A stretch of DNA of 64,000 bases from Rhynchobatus australiae (lineage: Eukaryota), in NCBI GenBank assembly GCA_034780895.1, contig JAUZTB010000098.1, positions 89,426,175 through 89,490,174 on the forward strand, in the 5' to 3' direction. How positions within the stretch are numbered: position 1 is the stretch's first letter; each line of letters starts with the position of its first letter. The translations under genes were made by a program, and so were the position numbers. Below the pieces are notes generated by a model that worked only from the letters and a program-made list of their open reading frames with translations, was not told the origin of the DNA and ran no database searches. Below are positions 26,715-39,075 of this stretch, piece by piece.

Positions 26715-27260
26715 TTGTTTAATTGTCCACCAAATTCACACATGGATGTGCAAGAGCTGAAGAATTACAACTTGTTCTGTTGGTTCTGTGATTACTTAGC
26801 TGTGTCTTCAAAATGTCACTTCTGCTGTTTAACATCCATATGGTTTTGTACGGTAGCTTCATCACATTGACACTTTATTTTTAGGTAAGCTTGTGTTATT
26901 CCTAGCATAGTCTTCAAAACTCTTTATTTGACGAGGATTGGTTCTATGCTTTGACAGTAAAGTTTGCCAGGAAATCAGGTTATCTGGCATGCTGCAGTAC
27001 AATTCTGCTGTTGATGGTGGCCCAAAGGATCAGATGGATGCCCCAGTTTAAGCTCCTAGATATGACGTGTATTCATCTCTTTTAGCGAGTTGATGGTGCC
27101 ACACACTTTGATGGAAACTCTCTGTTTGAAGACTGGACTTGGATGAGCACTTGAAGAGCCTACAGAGCTACAGACAAAGAGTTGGGAAGTTGTTTTATCC
27201 CAAACAGCAGTTTTGCCTGGTACGGACAAGCTGGGTTGTATCGCCTCCTCTGTGATTTCA
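26715..27260 (-). mobile_element. CR1/L2-group LINE, continuation beyond the RTE insertion
   Basis: Resumes with ttgtttaattgtccacc...ggatgtg, which in the recalled family consensus follows ggagcctcctcct (seen at 25901-25913). Confidence 0.65.
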
Positions 27261-29049
27261 TCACTCTTAACTTTCCTCTTAAATGTTCTCATACGTTACT
27301 CAATTGCGTCAAACCACATCAAGAAACAGTGATTGCAATATAACTGGTACCCATTTCAGACACTTATATTTCCAGATCATTAATCCAGAACTCTGGATTG
27401 CTAGTCCATTATCAGAACAATTATCATACCATATTCAAATTAACTTTCTATATCTATCAAATGCCAATCATAGCCTAGAGTTTTAATAGTGCAATCCTGG
27501 AACTGTGTAATTTAAAATACTTGACACTGAAAGTTACCTCAATTGTCTCTATTTTTTTAAATAAATCACACCAAAGTTATCCTATGGAACATAGATACAA
27601 ACCATGAAACATGAAAAAGCATTACTTTCTATATTTGAACTTCACCTGGGCTAATTAAGAAAGTTAAAAATATCATTGCATTCAGTAGCCTTTAAATATG
27701 TATCAAATTATGGAATGAATGGAATAACTTCCAATTAACATCTAAACTACCACAGTTCTCAACAAGTTAATATCATTCAGGCAGTATATTATAGATATCT
27801 AAATATAGGCCTCCACTACAAGGACAGTGATAAAACTTTCACTAGATTTTTTGAAAGGTTCCAGCATATAATGGTGTTTGATTACAGAGAGAGATTTGAA
27901 ATTATATATAGAAGTACAGCAAAGTTAACAAAATTAGGCTGGTGCACAATGCAATTGAAGTATTCAAAAGACCCTGAGAGCAGAATGGGTGTCTGTGCAA
28001 TAAATTCAGTCTGGTACCTAGCTCAAAATGTCCTCAGAGATTTTGTTTAACGTCTGCCAAATAAAGTCAATTTAAAAGTTCGGCAGGCCTAACTTTGGAT
28101 CATTAAATGTTGGTTGTTAGGTCAACCTAGATCCCAAAACACCTACAACTGAAAGCTCAAATATTCCATCTAAGACCAAAAGTGGCATTTTAAGTGCACC
28201 CTGTGGGTTTCGAGAATTTTCCCAAATGAAAAAAAAACGAAACAGATTTCCTATGTAAACAACCAGGAATTTGTGCATTGCCAGTAATTGCAGTTACCTG
28301 CAATAATACGTAGATTATAAATAATCTTAAAACTAACTAACATACTTAAAAAGTAAATTTACCAAGAGATGCATTTGAACTGGGGGAGGTCTGCTAAAGT
28401 TTTGTTAAGTAGTGCACTCACGATTATTTGATTGTGAGCCCATCACAATCATATTCAATAACCCTCAAGGTCCAAGGTGTCAGTCTCAATTGGACAAGCT
28501 TTACACACTTTCATTCGCACACTTCTCCATTGTTGAGCATGTGAAGGAAACAGGTACGCTAACAGTGCTGGCAATCAAAGGTTGAGTTGGGGCCTTGGCT
28601 GCAAGTCAGAATGGGGAAGGTAGCCAGATTTGGTGGTCGATTAGGGAGTCTGTGGGAGGAGATGGAATTGGAATGGGGTAGAGGGGAATGTCATGACAGT
28701 TTCAGTATCATGGGAAGGAGGATGAAATAAGTGTGGGAACATATCTGAGTGTGGTTCCTAGCCCCAAGGTTGAGACCTGCACAGGAAGTGGTGCATAAAG
28801 TCATGTTTTTCTGAAAGAGTCCAACAACCAGCACACCTCAGGACAACGTGAGCTCATTTCCCAGGCAATATCTTACAGGAGCATCACATGGGGGAAATTA
28901 CATTACGTTACATGTATCTGATGCAGAAACAGCAGTTTAGCCCAAAATTATCACAATTGTATTCCACTTGGGGGCAATATTGATTTTTATATAATATCAT
29001 TGCATTAGTAATTTTTAGGCTAGTATATTTATTGCTCTATGCAATTTAT

Positions 29050-29770
29050 NNNNNNNNNNNNNNNNNNNNNNNNNNNNNNNNNNNNNNNNNNNNNNNNNNN
29101 NNNNNNNNNNNNNNNNNNNNNNNNNNNNNNNNNNNNNNNNNNNNNNNNNNNNNNNNNNNNNNNNNNNNNNNNNNNNNNNNNNNNNNNNNNNNNNNNNNNN
29201 NNNNNNNNNNNNNNNNNNNNNNNNNNNNNNNNNNNNNNNNNNNNNNNNNNNNNNNNNNNNNNNNNNNNNNNNNNNNNNNNNNNNNNNNNNNNNNNNNNNN
29301 NNNNNNNNNNNNNNNNNNNNNNNNNNNNNNNNNNNNNNNNNNNNNNNNNNNNNNNNNNNNNNNNNNNNNNNNNNNNNNNNNNNNNNNNNNNNNNNNNNNN
29401 NNNNNNNNNNNNNNNNNNNNNNNNNNNNNNNNNNNNNNNNNNNNNNNNNNNNNNNNNNNNNNNNNNNNNNNNNNNNNNNNNNNNNNNNNNNNNNNNNNNN
29501 NNNNNNNNNNNNNNNNNNNNNNNNNNNNNNNNNNNNNNNNNNNNNNNNNNNNNNNNNNNNNNNNNNNNNNNNNNNNNNNNNNNNNNNNNNNNNNNNNNNN
29601 NNNNNNNNNNNNNNNNNNNNNNNNNNNNNNNNNNNNNNNNNNNNNNNNNNNNNNNNNNNNNNNNNNNNNNNNNNNNNNNNNNNNNNNNNNNNNNNNNNNN
29701 NNNNNNNNNNNNNNNNNNNNNNNNNNNNNNNNNNNNNNNNNNNNNNNNNNNNNNNNNNNNNNNNNNNNNN
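29050..29770. other. Largest assembly gap; 12 smaller N-runs occur elsewhere
   Basis: Run of N; the long X-filled ORFs across gaps are artefacts. Confidence 0.99.
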
Positions 29771-31449
29771 AACATTATACCCAGTGATTCTGTGGTAGTT
29801 ATTTTTGTTTCTTTCAACAGCTCACCATGAAGCTGTGTAAATAACCACAATATTTGCTTCAAAATAAAACAACAGGGGGAACTTTCATAAGCCAACAGTG
29901 ATGGGGACCACACTGAGCTGGGAGTTGAGGCTCAGAAGACTTTTAATGACAAGACAGCATAGTAAGGCCATTTAACCTCCAACTTTATTGCACTTGTACT
30001 ATGCATTCGAATCTAAGGTTTCACTGCAATTAATTGTTAAGCCATTACTGCCTGTGACATGGGGGAGAAGAAATAGGTATTGGTCTCACAGCTGCCAAAT
30101 GTTTATTTATCTACTTCAAAGATGGCATAAAACACATCTTTGTCAAGAAGTGAAAAATACTATAAAATCAAATCTAACTGAGGAATATCCCAAAGGAGCT
30201 GTTTTCAAAGTGTCCTTGATTGCAGTTACCAACCTCACACATCTAACACAAAACTACATTCCTCAACTTACACGCAAGCTTATAATGCAACGTAACAAAA
30301 GAAGATGATTTCTACTTTTGCTGAACCATATGTCATGAGTCAATTTTAAACACGTATAAAATGGGAATGAAGGCAGGCAGAGCAGTGCTGTTGCTGGCTC
30401 TAATCTGTAACCCTGAAAGCAGCAAGCTGAAGAGGCACATTGATTCAACCACTCACAAGTGAGCAGAAAATCAGCTGCTTCTATACTGTCAATATTGCAG
30501 GTGGGTCCTGTAGGAGTGCTTTGTACCCTTATTTGCATATATAAATATAAGTTCACATGAAACAAATGGATGTGTTCACATGCATTTACAAGTCTACCTG
30601 AGAGTTATGTCAGGTCAACCTTGGGCAGTGAAACAGCATCAAAAGTTCCTCTACAATTTTCCTCCACCTACTTCCATATTTTAGGCAGTTGAACATCACC
30701 CACTCTGCACTCCCATGCCAACTCTACATTGGTTTTGAAATAAGAGTTTTGGTTTAGGAACACAGTTAACAACATTCTGGAGGTCCAATTTCCAAAGGCC
30801 ATAGCTTTATGTAATTGAAGTTATCACTAGTGGGGCAATGATTGCCTAATAGTTTATATTAAGAATTGAAATAAAGTTTTTAAAACAAATCCTCTCAAAT
30901 AGTTTAACTAAACCATAATCCTTAAAAATTACTTGTTGATTTCCAATTACATTGTTCATAGCCAGCTGGAGATTAAATTATTTTAACATAATAGCAATAT
31001 TATATCATATACTACATATTGTTACCCTCATGCTTTTCATAAATTTATGTAACCTCTTTTCCTGCAACGACAAGCATATTTCTTTCTGGATTGCTTTCAC
31101 TGTCTTCCTTTTGCTCTTTTGCTTTGTATGACTGTGTTGTAGTTCAGTGTGCTGGATTTGGCTGTGATATTTATTGGATGTCTGAAGGGTAGGAGAAGGT
31201 CTAACAATCTGACTAGGTAGGAGATCAAATCTTGGCAGGGGGGCGCAGGTAGTGGGACCCTTGGAGATGATCATACCAATCATTTTCCTTCCCTGCTGCT
31301 GAGGTTTTATTCTCAATCTCTCTTCATCTGTTGTTTCTGATACCCCATTCTTGTGTCCCTTGTGTTATCTCTTCAGCTGGGAACTACAGTTTGGAAGAGA
31401 GAACGCACCTGAAAATAACAATACTGCAACAAAATGGGGTGATATAGGG

Positions 31450-31910
31450 CCAAAGAACCAAAGAACCAAAGAACCAAAGAACACAGCACAGTACAGCACA
31501 GGAACAGGATCTTTGGCCCACCAGGTCTGTGCTAACCAGGATGCCAATCTAACTAATCCCATCTGCCAGCACATGGTCCGTATCCCTCAATTCCCAGCCT
31601 GTTCATGTGTCTATGCTTCTTAAACATGCTATGGCATCTGCTTCCACCACTTCCCCTGGCAGTGCGTTCCAGGCACCTTCTACTCTGTGTTTAAAAAAAA
31701 CCTGCCTCACACATCTTCTTTAAACTTTACGTCTCATATGCCCTCTAGTATTTGACACTTCCACCCGAGCAAAAAGACTCTGACTACCTACCCTATCTGT
31801 ACCAGTCATTATTTAATATACTTATATCAGGTTGCCCCTCAGCCTCCAATGTCACAGAGAAAACAATCCAAGTTTGTCCAACCTTTCCTCATAGCTAATA
31901 CACTCCCATC
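31450..31910 (-). mobile_element. HER_LINE/CR1 3' fragment with octamer tail
   Basis: (CCAAAGAA)x4 at 31450-31481, then cagtacagcacaggaacaggatctttggccca and antisense CR1 ORF2 C-terminus. Confidence 0.9.
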
Positions 31911-31924
31911 TAGAATTTGCATAA

Positions 31925-32530
31925 CTATAAAATTGCATTTAAAAATTCTTATCTTTATATTCAAACTTTCTATATCTTCACTCCTACCTCTTTCAATAAC
32001 CTTTCCCAGGACCTTCACATTTGCTAACTCTATCCTCTTTTCTTCTCCCAGGCCCCTTNNNNNNNNNNNNNNNNNNNNNNNNNNNNNNNNNNNNNNNNNN
32101 NNNNNNNNNNNNNNNNNNNNNNNNNNNNNNNNNNNNNNNNNNNNNNNNNNNNNNNNNNNNNNNNNNNNNNNNNNNNNNNNNNNNNNNNNNNNNNNNNNNN
32201 NNNNNNNNNNNNNNNNNNNNNNNNNNNNNNNNNNNNNNNNNNNNNNNNNNNNNNNNNNNNNNNNNNNNNNNNNNNNNNNNNNNNNNNNNNNNNNNNNNNN
32301 NNNNNNNNNNNNNNNNNNNNNNNNNNNNNNNNNNTCAAAGAACTTAAGTACTAGATTTCCCTGCTCATCTTTCCACCTCATCACCTCTTACTCTTCTTAA
32401 AACTTAACTCTAAAACAAAACTTTAAGACCCACCTCTTTATGTCTCCTTTTGTTCAATGTCATTATTTTGCTGTGAAGTTCCTTGGAATGTTTTCCTATG
32501 TTAACAATACCTTACAAAAGCATGTAGCTG
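31925..32530 (+). mobile_element. L2 LINE 3' fragment spanning a gap
   Basis: tttaaaaattcttatctttatattcaaa (cf. L2 FKILILVFK) and tail ctgtgaagttccttggaatgttttcctatgttaa. Confidence 0.55.
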
Positions 32531-32751
32531 CTACTGTGTCCACTGTTATCCTATAAGAATCTTCTACCCGACAATGCAAATGTCTAAAAGTAGAATATTT
32601 TGTAATTTTTAAATAGCTGTGCTTACCTACTTATACATGTTTAAGTGCTTTTATACAAATTGCAAAATCTATTGCACAATGTAACTAGGTCAAATTCCAG
32701 AGGATTTCCATTTTCAAATCCACACAAGCAACAGTTTGAAGTTGGTCTTTA

Positions 32752-32822
32752 TTAGAATCAGAATGAGGTTTATTATCACTGTCTTTTACGACGTGAAATT
32801 TGTTGTTTTGTGGCAGCAGTAC
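32752..32822 (-). mobile_element. Rex1/Babar 3' tail only
   Basis: agaatcagaatgaggtttattatcactg...gtgaaatttgttgttttgtggcagcagtac is the reverse complement of the tail at 12055-12120. Confidence 0.8.
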
Positions 32823-32899
32823 TTTGAACTGCTAATATCTAAATAAATGCACTGCAGTTTTAAGTCAATGGGGCAGGCTAAATGAACTAACAGTCCTAA

Positions 32900-33025
32900 A
32901 CATTGTCCCGATGCAGTCTTGACCCAAAACATCGACTATCCCTTTGCCTCTACAAATTCTGCTGAACCCGCTGGGTTCCTCCAGCAGATTGTTCTTGCTC
33001 CAGATTCCAGCATCTTGTGTCTCTT
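32900..33025 (+). mobile_element. Penelope-derived short repeat with decayed hammerhead-like motif
   Basis: gtcccgatgcagtcttgacccaaaacatcgac...ccgctgggttcctccagcag...cagattccagcatc. Confidence 0.75.
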
Positions 33026-33240
33026 AACTACCAGTCTTTCCTTGTCTGTCATTTTTATATGCTGGTAAGCAATTCAGATTTCAGATCAATTGAAATTAGT
33101 GCAGGTCCATACAGTAACCAGGATTGCTTTGTAATGTAAAATGTTAATATTCCACCAATCTAAGAACTATTATTATATCCTCATAACCAAACAGGACTTC
33201 AACTATCCATCAGCCTCAAGCAGACTAAGAATCATTTAAA

Positions 33241-33430
33241 TGGAGACACAAGAGACTGCAGATGCTGGAATCTGGACCAACAAACAAGATGCTGGAGNNN
33301 NNNNNNNNNNNNNNNNNNNNNNNNNNNNNNNNNNNNNNNNNNNNNNNNNNNNNNNNNNNNNNNNNNNNNNNNNNNNNCTCCACAGATGCTGCCTGACCCA
33401 CTGAGTTCCTCCAGCACCTTGTTTGTTGCT
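33241..33430. mobile_element. Penelope-derived short repeat, inverted pair flanking an assembly gap
   Basis: caacaaacaagatgctggag [80 N] ctccacagatgctgcctgacccactgagttcctccagcaccttgtttgttg; the arms are near reverse complements. Confidence 0.85.
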
Positions 33431-35599
33431 AATGATGAGTTACGCTAATACCTGGCAGGGCTCAGCTATTCAGCAGTGAGATAACAATGAAACTATTAGG
33501 AGATTTGCAGCAGAAACTGAATGAATGAATATAGTTGTCTCAAAGGGAAAGCAAATTATGGGAGGTCTTTTGCAGGCCTGAAGAACAATACACCATCTGA
33601 ATCCTAACAATGACACAATCTCCCTTCAGTCTTGGAATCAAACCAGCACAGTCACTTCCAACTCATTCTAAATTCAGGGTTGTCTTGCTTTCTGAATACT
33701 TGCCCATGAATCCCCTTAAGTCTCTTTTAATCACCTTTAATCCAATTTTGAATCCTGCCTTAGTGAACTCCATCCATGAATCAGCAAGTTCCACAAATTC
33801 AAGAACTCTGCCTGAACAAATTTTCTTACTTTCCACCTAAATCTCCTGCAATTGTTCTTCTATTTATTGATGATTGTTTTCCTTGTAACTAGCTTATCCT
33901 ATTCTATCAAAATATTAAATATTCAAACAGTAATCTGCAGATCAATCTTTCTTTGTACCCTGCAGTATTGTGGGGAATCTGAACTGTACCTTTAATAAAG
34001 GCCATATTATACTGGAAACCACAGGTCCTGCAAGAAAATCATTGTCAAGAAAATTGACTTTAAAAATGAGATCATATTACTTATTTAAAGGGCACTTTGG
34101 CCCAAATCTTATCATCATGGCCCAGTCAATGCTGGGTGTGGAAGAGGATATTGTTGACTATAGAACATCTTGTAATTTGTTTTGTTTATAAATTGCCCTT
34201 AAGCTGCATGTTTTGTGGACCAGCCTGTGGCATAAGCCTACAAATCAGCTGCGAGCAGTACATTTTGTTGGCAGGTGATGTGACTGTTGATGGTGGGGAT
34301 CAATCACAGGGTGGGAAAAGATGTTGTGCATTCATTGGTGGGGGTGGTTGGGTGGGTCGGGGAGGGAAGAAGATGGTGGACATGGAGCAAACTACAATTC
34401 AGGATATAGATTGTTGTGAAGTTCTAATTGCAGGGTTTGCGAGGAGAAGAACAATCACAGTGAGAGTTGGGGTGGTAACTGATGGGCTAGTTGTTAGAGG
34501 AAATAATACTCTTCTTCTTGGTCCACATGTACTCCTATAAAACCACCTCATGGAGTCTTGCTTTCTTGCTTTTGTTCACTTGCTGCATTTTGAGGCCCTT
34601 GTGGAAATGTGATTGTCAGGTTTAAAGCAGATTGGGTTGCTGTTTCAGATTTTTTGCCTTTTTAACCTTACACAAATCCATTCTTCTCTTTGTAAAATAT
34701 CTGGCTGTACTTACCCTCCTGTTGGTCACCATGGTAATTGATTTAAAACATTTTCCAGCTGGATGAATCTTTACCAGCCTCCAAATGGGCATTCAACACA
34801 GTGATCATCATTAAGGTAAGGTTCACCTCATATTAAAAATGTACAATGAGAAGTTTTGAGCAGGAACTAAGTGAAAAAGGACTGAGAAAGAGCAAGATTA
34901 GAAATGCACATGAATTATAATCGAACATGAGACCAGAACCAGTGAAAAACTGTGAATGTGTTGCTGGGAAGCAATTTCTATTTTCTCCCAACAAGCACCC
35001 TCCTAAGAATTTCAAGAGGTGATCAGAAAGAACAAAAGATTAGAAAAAGCTTACATTACTACTTAGTCACTGTATCCAACTACACAAGGCATATTAAATA
35101 CTCCTCCATGCTTAATATGGACAACACTCAAGACCCAAATGTTAAACTGTAACAATATGCTATCTCAAAACAAGATGGCTTCAGTCAGACGCAGCTGCCA
35201 AAAACACTGTAAAACCATTGCACTTTGGAAAGCTGAAGAAATTCTTTTGATGTCATTGATATTTCAGCATTGATGCAGCAAATGTTTCTCACTTGTACTG
35301 GATTTTATAATAAATTCCCTTTCTTTCTCTTCTCATTCAATACAGGCGATGTGGACTGTAGCTAAAGTCTCATCAACATGGTTAAGGATAATTTCCTTCC
35401 CACCCATGCAAGAGACTTGCCTCTTTCTACAGAGATGTAGTGCAGTGTTCAAACAGTGTGGCATTGGACTCAAAATCTATGTCCTAATCCAAGACAATAT
35501 TCCATCAACTTGCATCATTGCCTCATGCCTTTCAAATTAAATGTTAAATAAAGATGAAAATTATGACCAAATTTGAATGTAATTAAGAATCGGTCTTAA

Positions 35600-35865
35600 G
35601 TTAGACTCTCAGGCCTTCTAAGAAGATGTTTGTGGTTTCAAGACCCATTGCAGAGAATTCCACATTAAATCTAGATTGTTATTTCAATGTGGTGATCGAG
35701 GAGAAATCACCATTTGGATTAGGTGTTAAATCAAAACTCTAACAAGAAGAGAAGAGCTCTCCATCGGCTAATATTAAAGTTAACATCACAAAATAAAACC
35801 AATCCTTACCTCCACTACTTCTGTAATATTCCTGTGTACAAATTGATTGTCATAATTCCCACTAA
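35600..35865 (+). mobile_element. DeuSINE-like SINE (decayed, tRNA-like head)
   Basis: tgtggtttcaagaccca (B-box-like)...aaatctagattg...aacatcacaaaataaa...ctgtgtacaaattgattgtc. Confidence 0.5.
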
Positions 35866-36539
35866 AGTGTAAAATCAACTGCAACAAAATATTAAATGCA
35901 TATGCACAATATGAAGAAGTATTCTAATGCAATCTGCACAGTGAACAAAAACAACAGAGGGTATGAAATACCTAAATCAGTTTAAAATAATAAATCAAGA
36001 ATTAATTTTGTTTTATTCCAAACTAATCAGTTGAAATTTCAATGCACGTGAATAAAAGCAGTAGCTCACTATTTTTGCTGCTGTAAAAACATTTTGTGAC
36101 AGCGCAGGGTGTCCCCAGGTTCCTTTCCTGAGAACTGTCCATAAATTGAATCTTCTATAAGTCAGCAACAAACAATTTCCCCCAAAATTGTAATGTGAAA
36201 TCTTTGGGCGCAACAGCCCTTGGGGACTGATTTGCAAGGGTAGACTGGGGAAGATCAGCAGAGGTGATAGGTGTTATTACCAGCAAGTGAACTGTGACAA
36301 ATGTTTGTCTGAATGCAGCTTGGGCAGAGTGATAGAGGAGAGCTGATCTTCTAATCAATGAGAAAACCATTGGCAGTTTAAATCAAGAAAGTGCACTAAC
36401 AAGAGGTGGCTCCGGGTTCGTAATGTTTAATATTACTTGAAGGAGAATTTGGAGAAGGCATCAGCTTTTTCTATCGGTGATCTCTGCATTGTTTCCTGGT
36501 AAAGAGATTCGAGTACCGTACCTGAGAGTAGAGTCTGGG

Positions 36540-36601
36540 AGAATCTGCATAAAGGCGGATTTTCATAAATCAGGTTTTCCGTAACCTGGGAACCTCCTGT
36601 A
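36540..36601 (-). mobile_element. Solitary pogo/Tigger-like DNA transposon terminus
   Basis: Minus strand TA|CAGGAGGTTCCCAGGTTACGGAAAACCTGATTTATGAAAATCCGCCTTTATG resembles Tigger-type TIRs with a TA target site; no partner end seen. Confidence 0.45.
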
Positions 36602-37562
36602 CTACATAATAAGACTTTTGACCTTGAGTCAGTGTATCTTTCAATGAACCATAGGTAACCCTTGAGTTATATTTTGAGTGCAATGAGATGAATGGTGACC
36701 ATGAATAACTACATTAATCATTTTCTTAGCATTACCTGAAATGTACAGTAATGTAAATTTATCTTTCTTTACATGAAAACAGATTAAGGACCTATTCTTT
36801 CAAAAAGCAGCAAATACAATGGCATTTCTTAAGCTGTCCAAATGCAAATAGTATCTACAATCAAATCATTTAAATACACTTCTTACCCTAGTTTTCTCCT
36901 CAGTTGCAATATTTCAATTCCTCACATCTAACTGGCTATTTCTCATTTGTGATATTCAACCACAGAAAGGCTGACCCAGTCCTCATCTGAAGTCTAAAGG
37001 AAAGAGTAGCAATCAAGAGCTGTCATTTGNNNNNNNNNNNNNNNNNNNNNNNNNNNNNNNNNNNNNNNNNNNNNNNNNNNNNNNNNNNNNNNNNNNNNNN
37101 NNNNNNNNNNNNNNNNNNNNNNNNNNNNNAATCTTCTCTGCGCTCTTCCCAGTTTAATGATGTCTTTCTTACAACAGGGTGACCTATTTCAGGCTTTTTT
37201 CCTGAAATGTTGATTTCACCCTTGCTCAGGAGATTAATCTTTAAAGCCTTGAAGATTGGCAACCCCAGCCTCAGTGGGGGGGCGGGAGAAGGTGCGATTG
37301 TCCTCAGTGCCTCTAAGCACCGAAGCCCAGATTCTCACTTATGCTTGCTGTCTGTTGTGCTCCCAATTCCATGTCTCTACTCCCACTGTAAGCATTCACA
37401 TGTAGCTGGCTGCCAAGAACAGAACTGGGGTCAGTTGTGACCTTGTGCTTGGTCGAGAAGGTTGTCGGCGTCCCGTTGGTCAGGGGCTCTGTGTGAAGGT
37501 TTTCTCACCGAGAGCAACCAGCATCGTCCAATCTCATGGGGAAAGCAAGAGGATATCACCCT

Positions 37563-37920
37563 TAGAACATAGAACATGCTTCGTACAGCACAGGAACAGC
37601 CCTTCGGCCCACGATGTGGGTGCCGAACACAATGCTGAATTAATCTCTTCTGCCTGCACATGATCCACATCCCTCCATTCCCTGCATATTCATGTGCCTC
37701 TCAGTCTCTTAAACGCCACTATCGTATCTGCCTCCACCGCCACCCCTGGCAGCCCGTTCCAGGCACCCACCACTCTCTGTGTAAAAACCTTGCCCCACAC
37801 ATCCCCTTTAAACTTTCTCCCTCTCGCTTTAAATGCATGTCCTCTAGTAGTTGAAAGTTCCACCCTGAGAGAAAAAATTCTGACTGCCCACCCTATCTAT
37901 GCCTCTCATAATTTTAAAAA
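37563..37920 (-). mobile_element. HER_LINE/CR1 3' fragment
   Basis: tagaacatagaac...gtacagcacaggaacagcccttcggcccacgatg terminus and cccctggcagcccgttccaggcacccaccactctctgtgtaaaa. Confidence 0.9.
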
Positions 37921-38294
37921 CCTATTTACTAGCCCCAGATCTCCATATCTCCTCATGTAATTCTGAGTGACCTTAGTCAAATAGCAATTTCCATTTTAAA
38001 TGATTAATTGGATCTTAATGAAGGAGAATCATTTCCTCAACTGCACCTTCGCTGTGTAAAATCACTGCTGTCCGTGAGATATTAAATCAACTTACCTGGA
38101 TTCATTTCTGGTGCAGGTGAATTTGTGGGCTTGTAAAAATCAGGTCTATCACAGAAACTTCCTTGTGCTTACTCCCAATCCTCTCGTCCCACTAATCACC
38201 ACTAAGGAAATGCCTGAGAACAGGAATCTTCCTGCAGGGAGCAGATCATATCAGTGGGTGGAAATCAAGAACTGATAGCCATTTGATGCATTCT

Positions 38295-38625
38295 GTGCAG
38301 AAAAACACACTGCTGGAGGAACTCAGTAGGTCGAGCAGCATCTGTGGAAGGAAAAGAAGTGCCAACCTTTCGGGTTGAAACCCTGCATCAGGACTGAGAT
38401 TGGAGAGGTGACATGGCCAGTATAAAGAGGAGAAGGGGAGTGGTAAGACAGGAGTCCGAGGTGATTAGTGAACTGAGGAGGCAGTGAATGATAGATGGAG
38501 GCAGATAAAGAGAGAGAAATAAAAATTGAGAGGCAGACGAAGTGGGGGGAGGGGTGGTGTGAGGGGAGAGTGAAGGTTGGAGACAGTTGCTGGAGGAAGA
38601 TAAGCAGGAACACAAAGAGCGACCA
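38295..38625 (-). mobile_element. Penelope-like element terminal region with hammerhead-like motif
   Basis: Minus strand: long pyrimidine-rich tract, then agtcCTGATGCAgggtttcaacccGAAAggttggc...ccacagatgctgctcgacctactgagttcctccagca. Confidence 0.8.
38361..38395 (-). ncRNA. Minimal type I hammerhead-ribozyme-like motif (variant core, activity doubtful)
   Basis: GUC-CUGAUG(C)A-GGGUU/UC/AACCC-GAAA-GGUU-GGC: both core boxes in order, perfect helix II, 3-bp helix I. Confidence 0.6.
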
Positions 38626-38684
38626 ATGCTGGTTTCTATTTATTAAAAGCATCCAAAACTTTAGAATTACTGATTAGGTTGCAG

Positions 38685-39075
38685 TAAATCTAGAAAATAT
38701 GAACAAGGCAGGCCAGTTATACTGAATTTGGGAAAATTGTTCTATCATATACAACGTTTTGGAGAAGCAAACAAAGAAAATATTGGCTTATTGATCCAAA
38801 GTCAGGTGTAGTGAAGTTAATATTATTTCTTATTAGGGAAAGATTGACAGAACACTTTAACAAATATGAATTGATTGAGAACCAACATGAATTTGTAAAG
38901 GATGAAAACAGGTCCAATGCTTTTGGTTGATTTTTTTTAGATCAGTAATATGATAGTGTCTAAGAGGAACTTCCAAAAGGCATTTGAAAAGGTTTACATC
39001 AGTCATCTGAAAATGAGAGTGCACAAAATTGAAGACAACCAAGACAACTTGGATAGGGAACTGATTAATAAGGTT
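38685..39075 (+). mobile_element. Old CR1 LINE RT relic
   Basis: aaccaacatgaatttgtaaagg (NQHEFVK, cf. SQHGFVK) and NFQKAFEKV in ORF 38950-39144 (cf. DFQKAFDKV). Confidence 0.7.

Noticed and set aside
29029-29913. Long ORFs of 250-294 aa (also at 31839-32400 and 41418-41730)
   Set aside because: Composed of X residues from N-runs or microsatellite translation.
31450-31481. (CCAAAGAA)x4 as a CRISPR-like array
   Set aside because: No spacers; it is the octamer tail of a CR1/HER element in a vertebrate genome.
34097-34540. 147-aa ORF
   Set aside because: No recognisable domain or splice context; openness is explained by G/T-rich composition.
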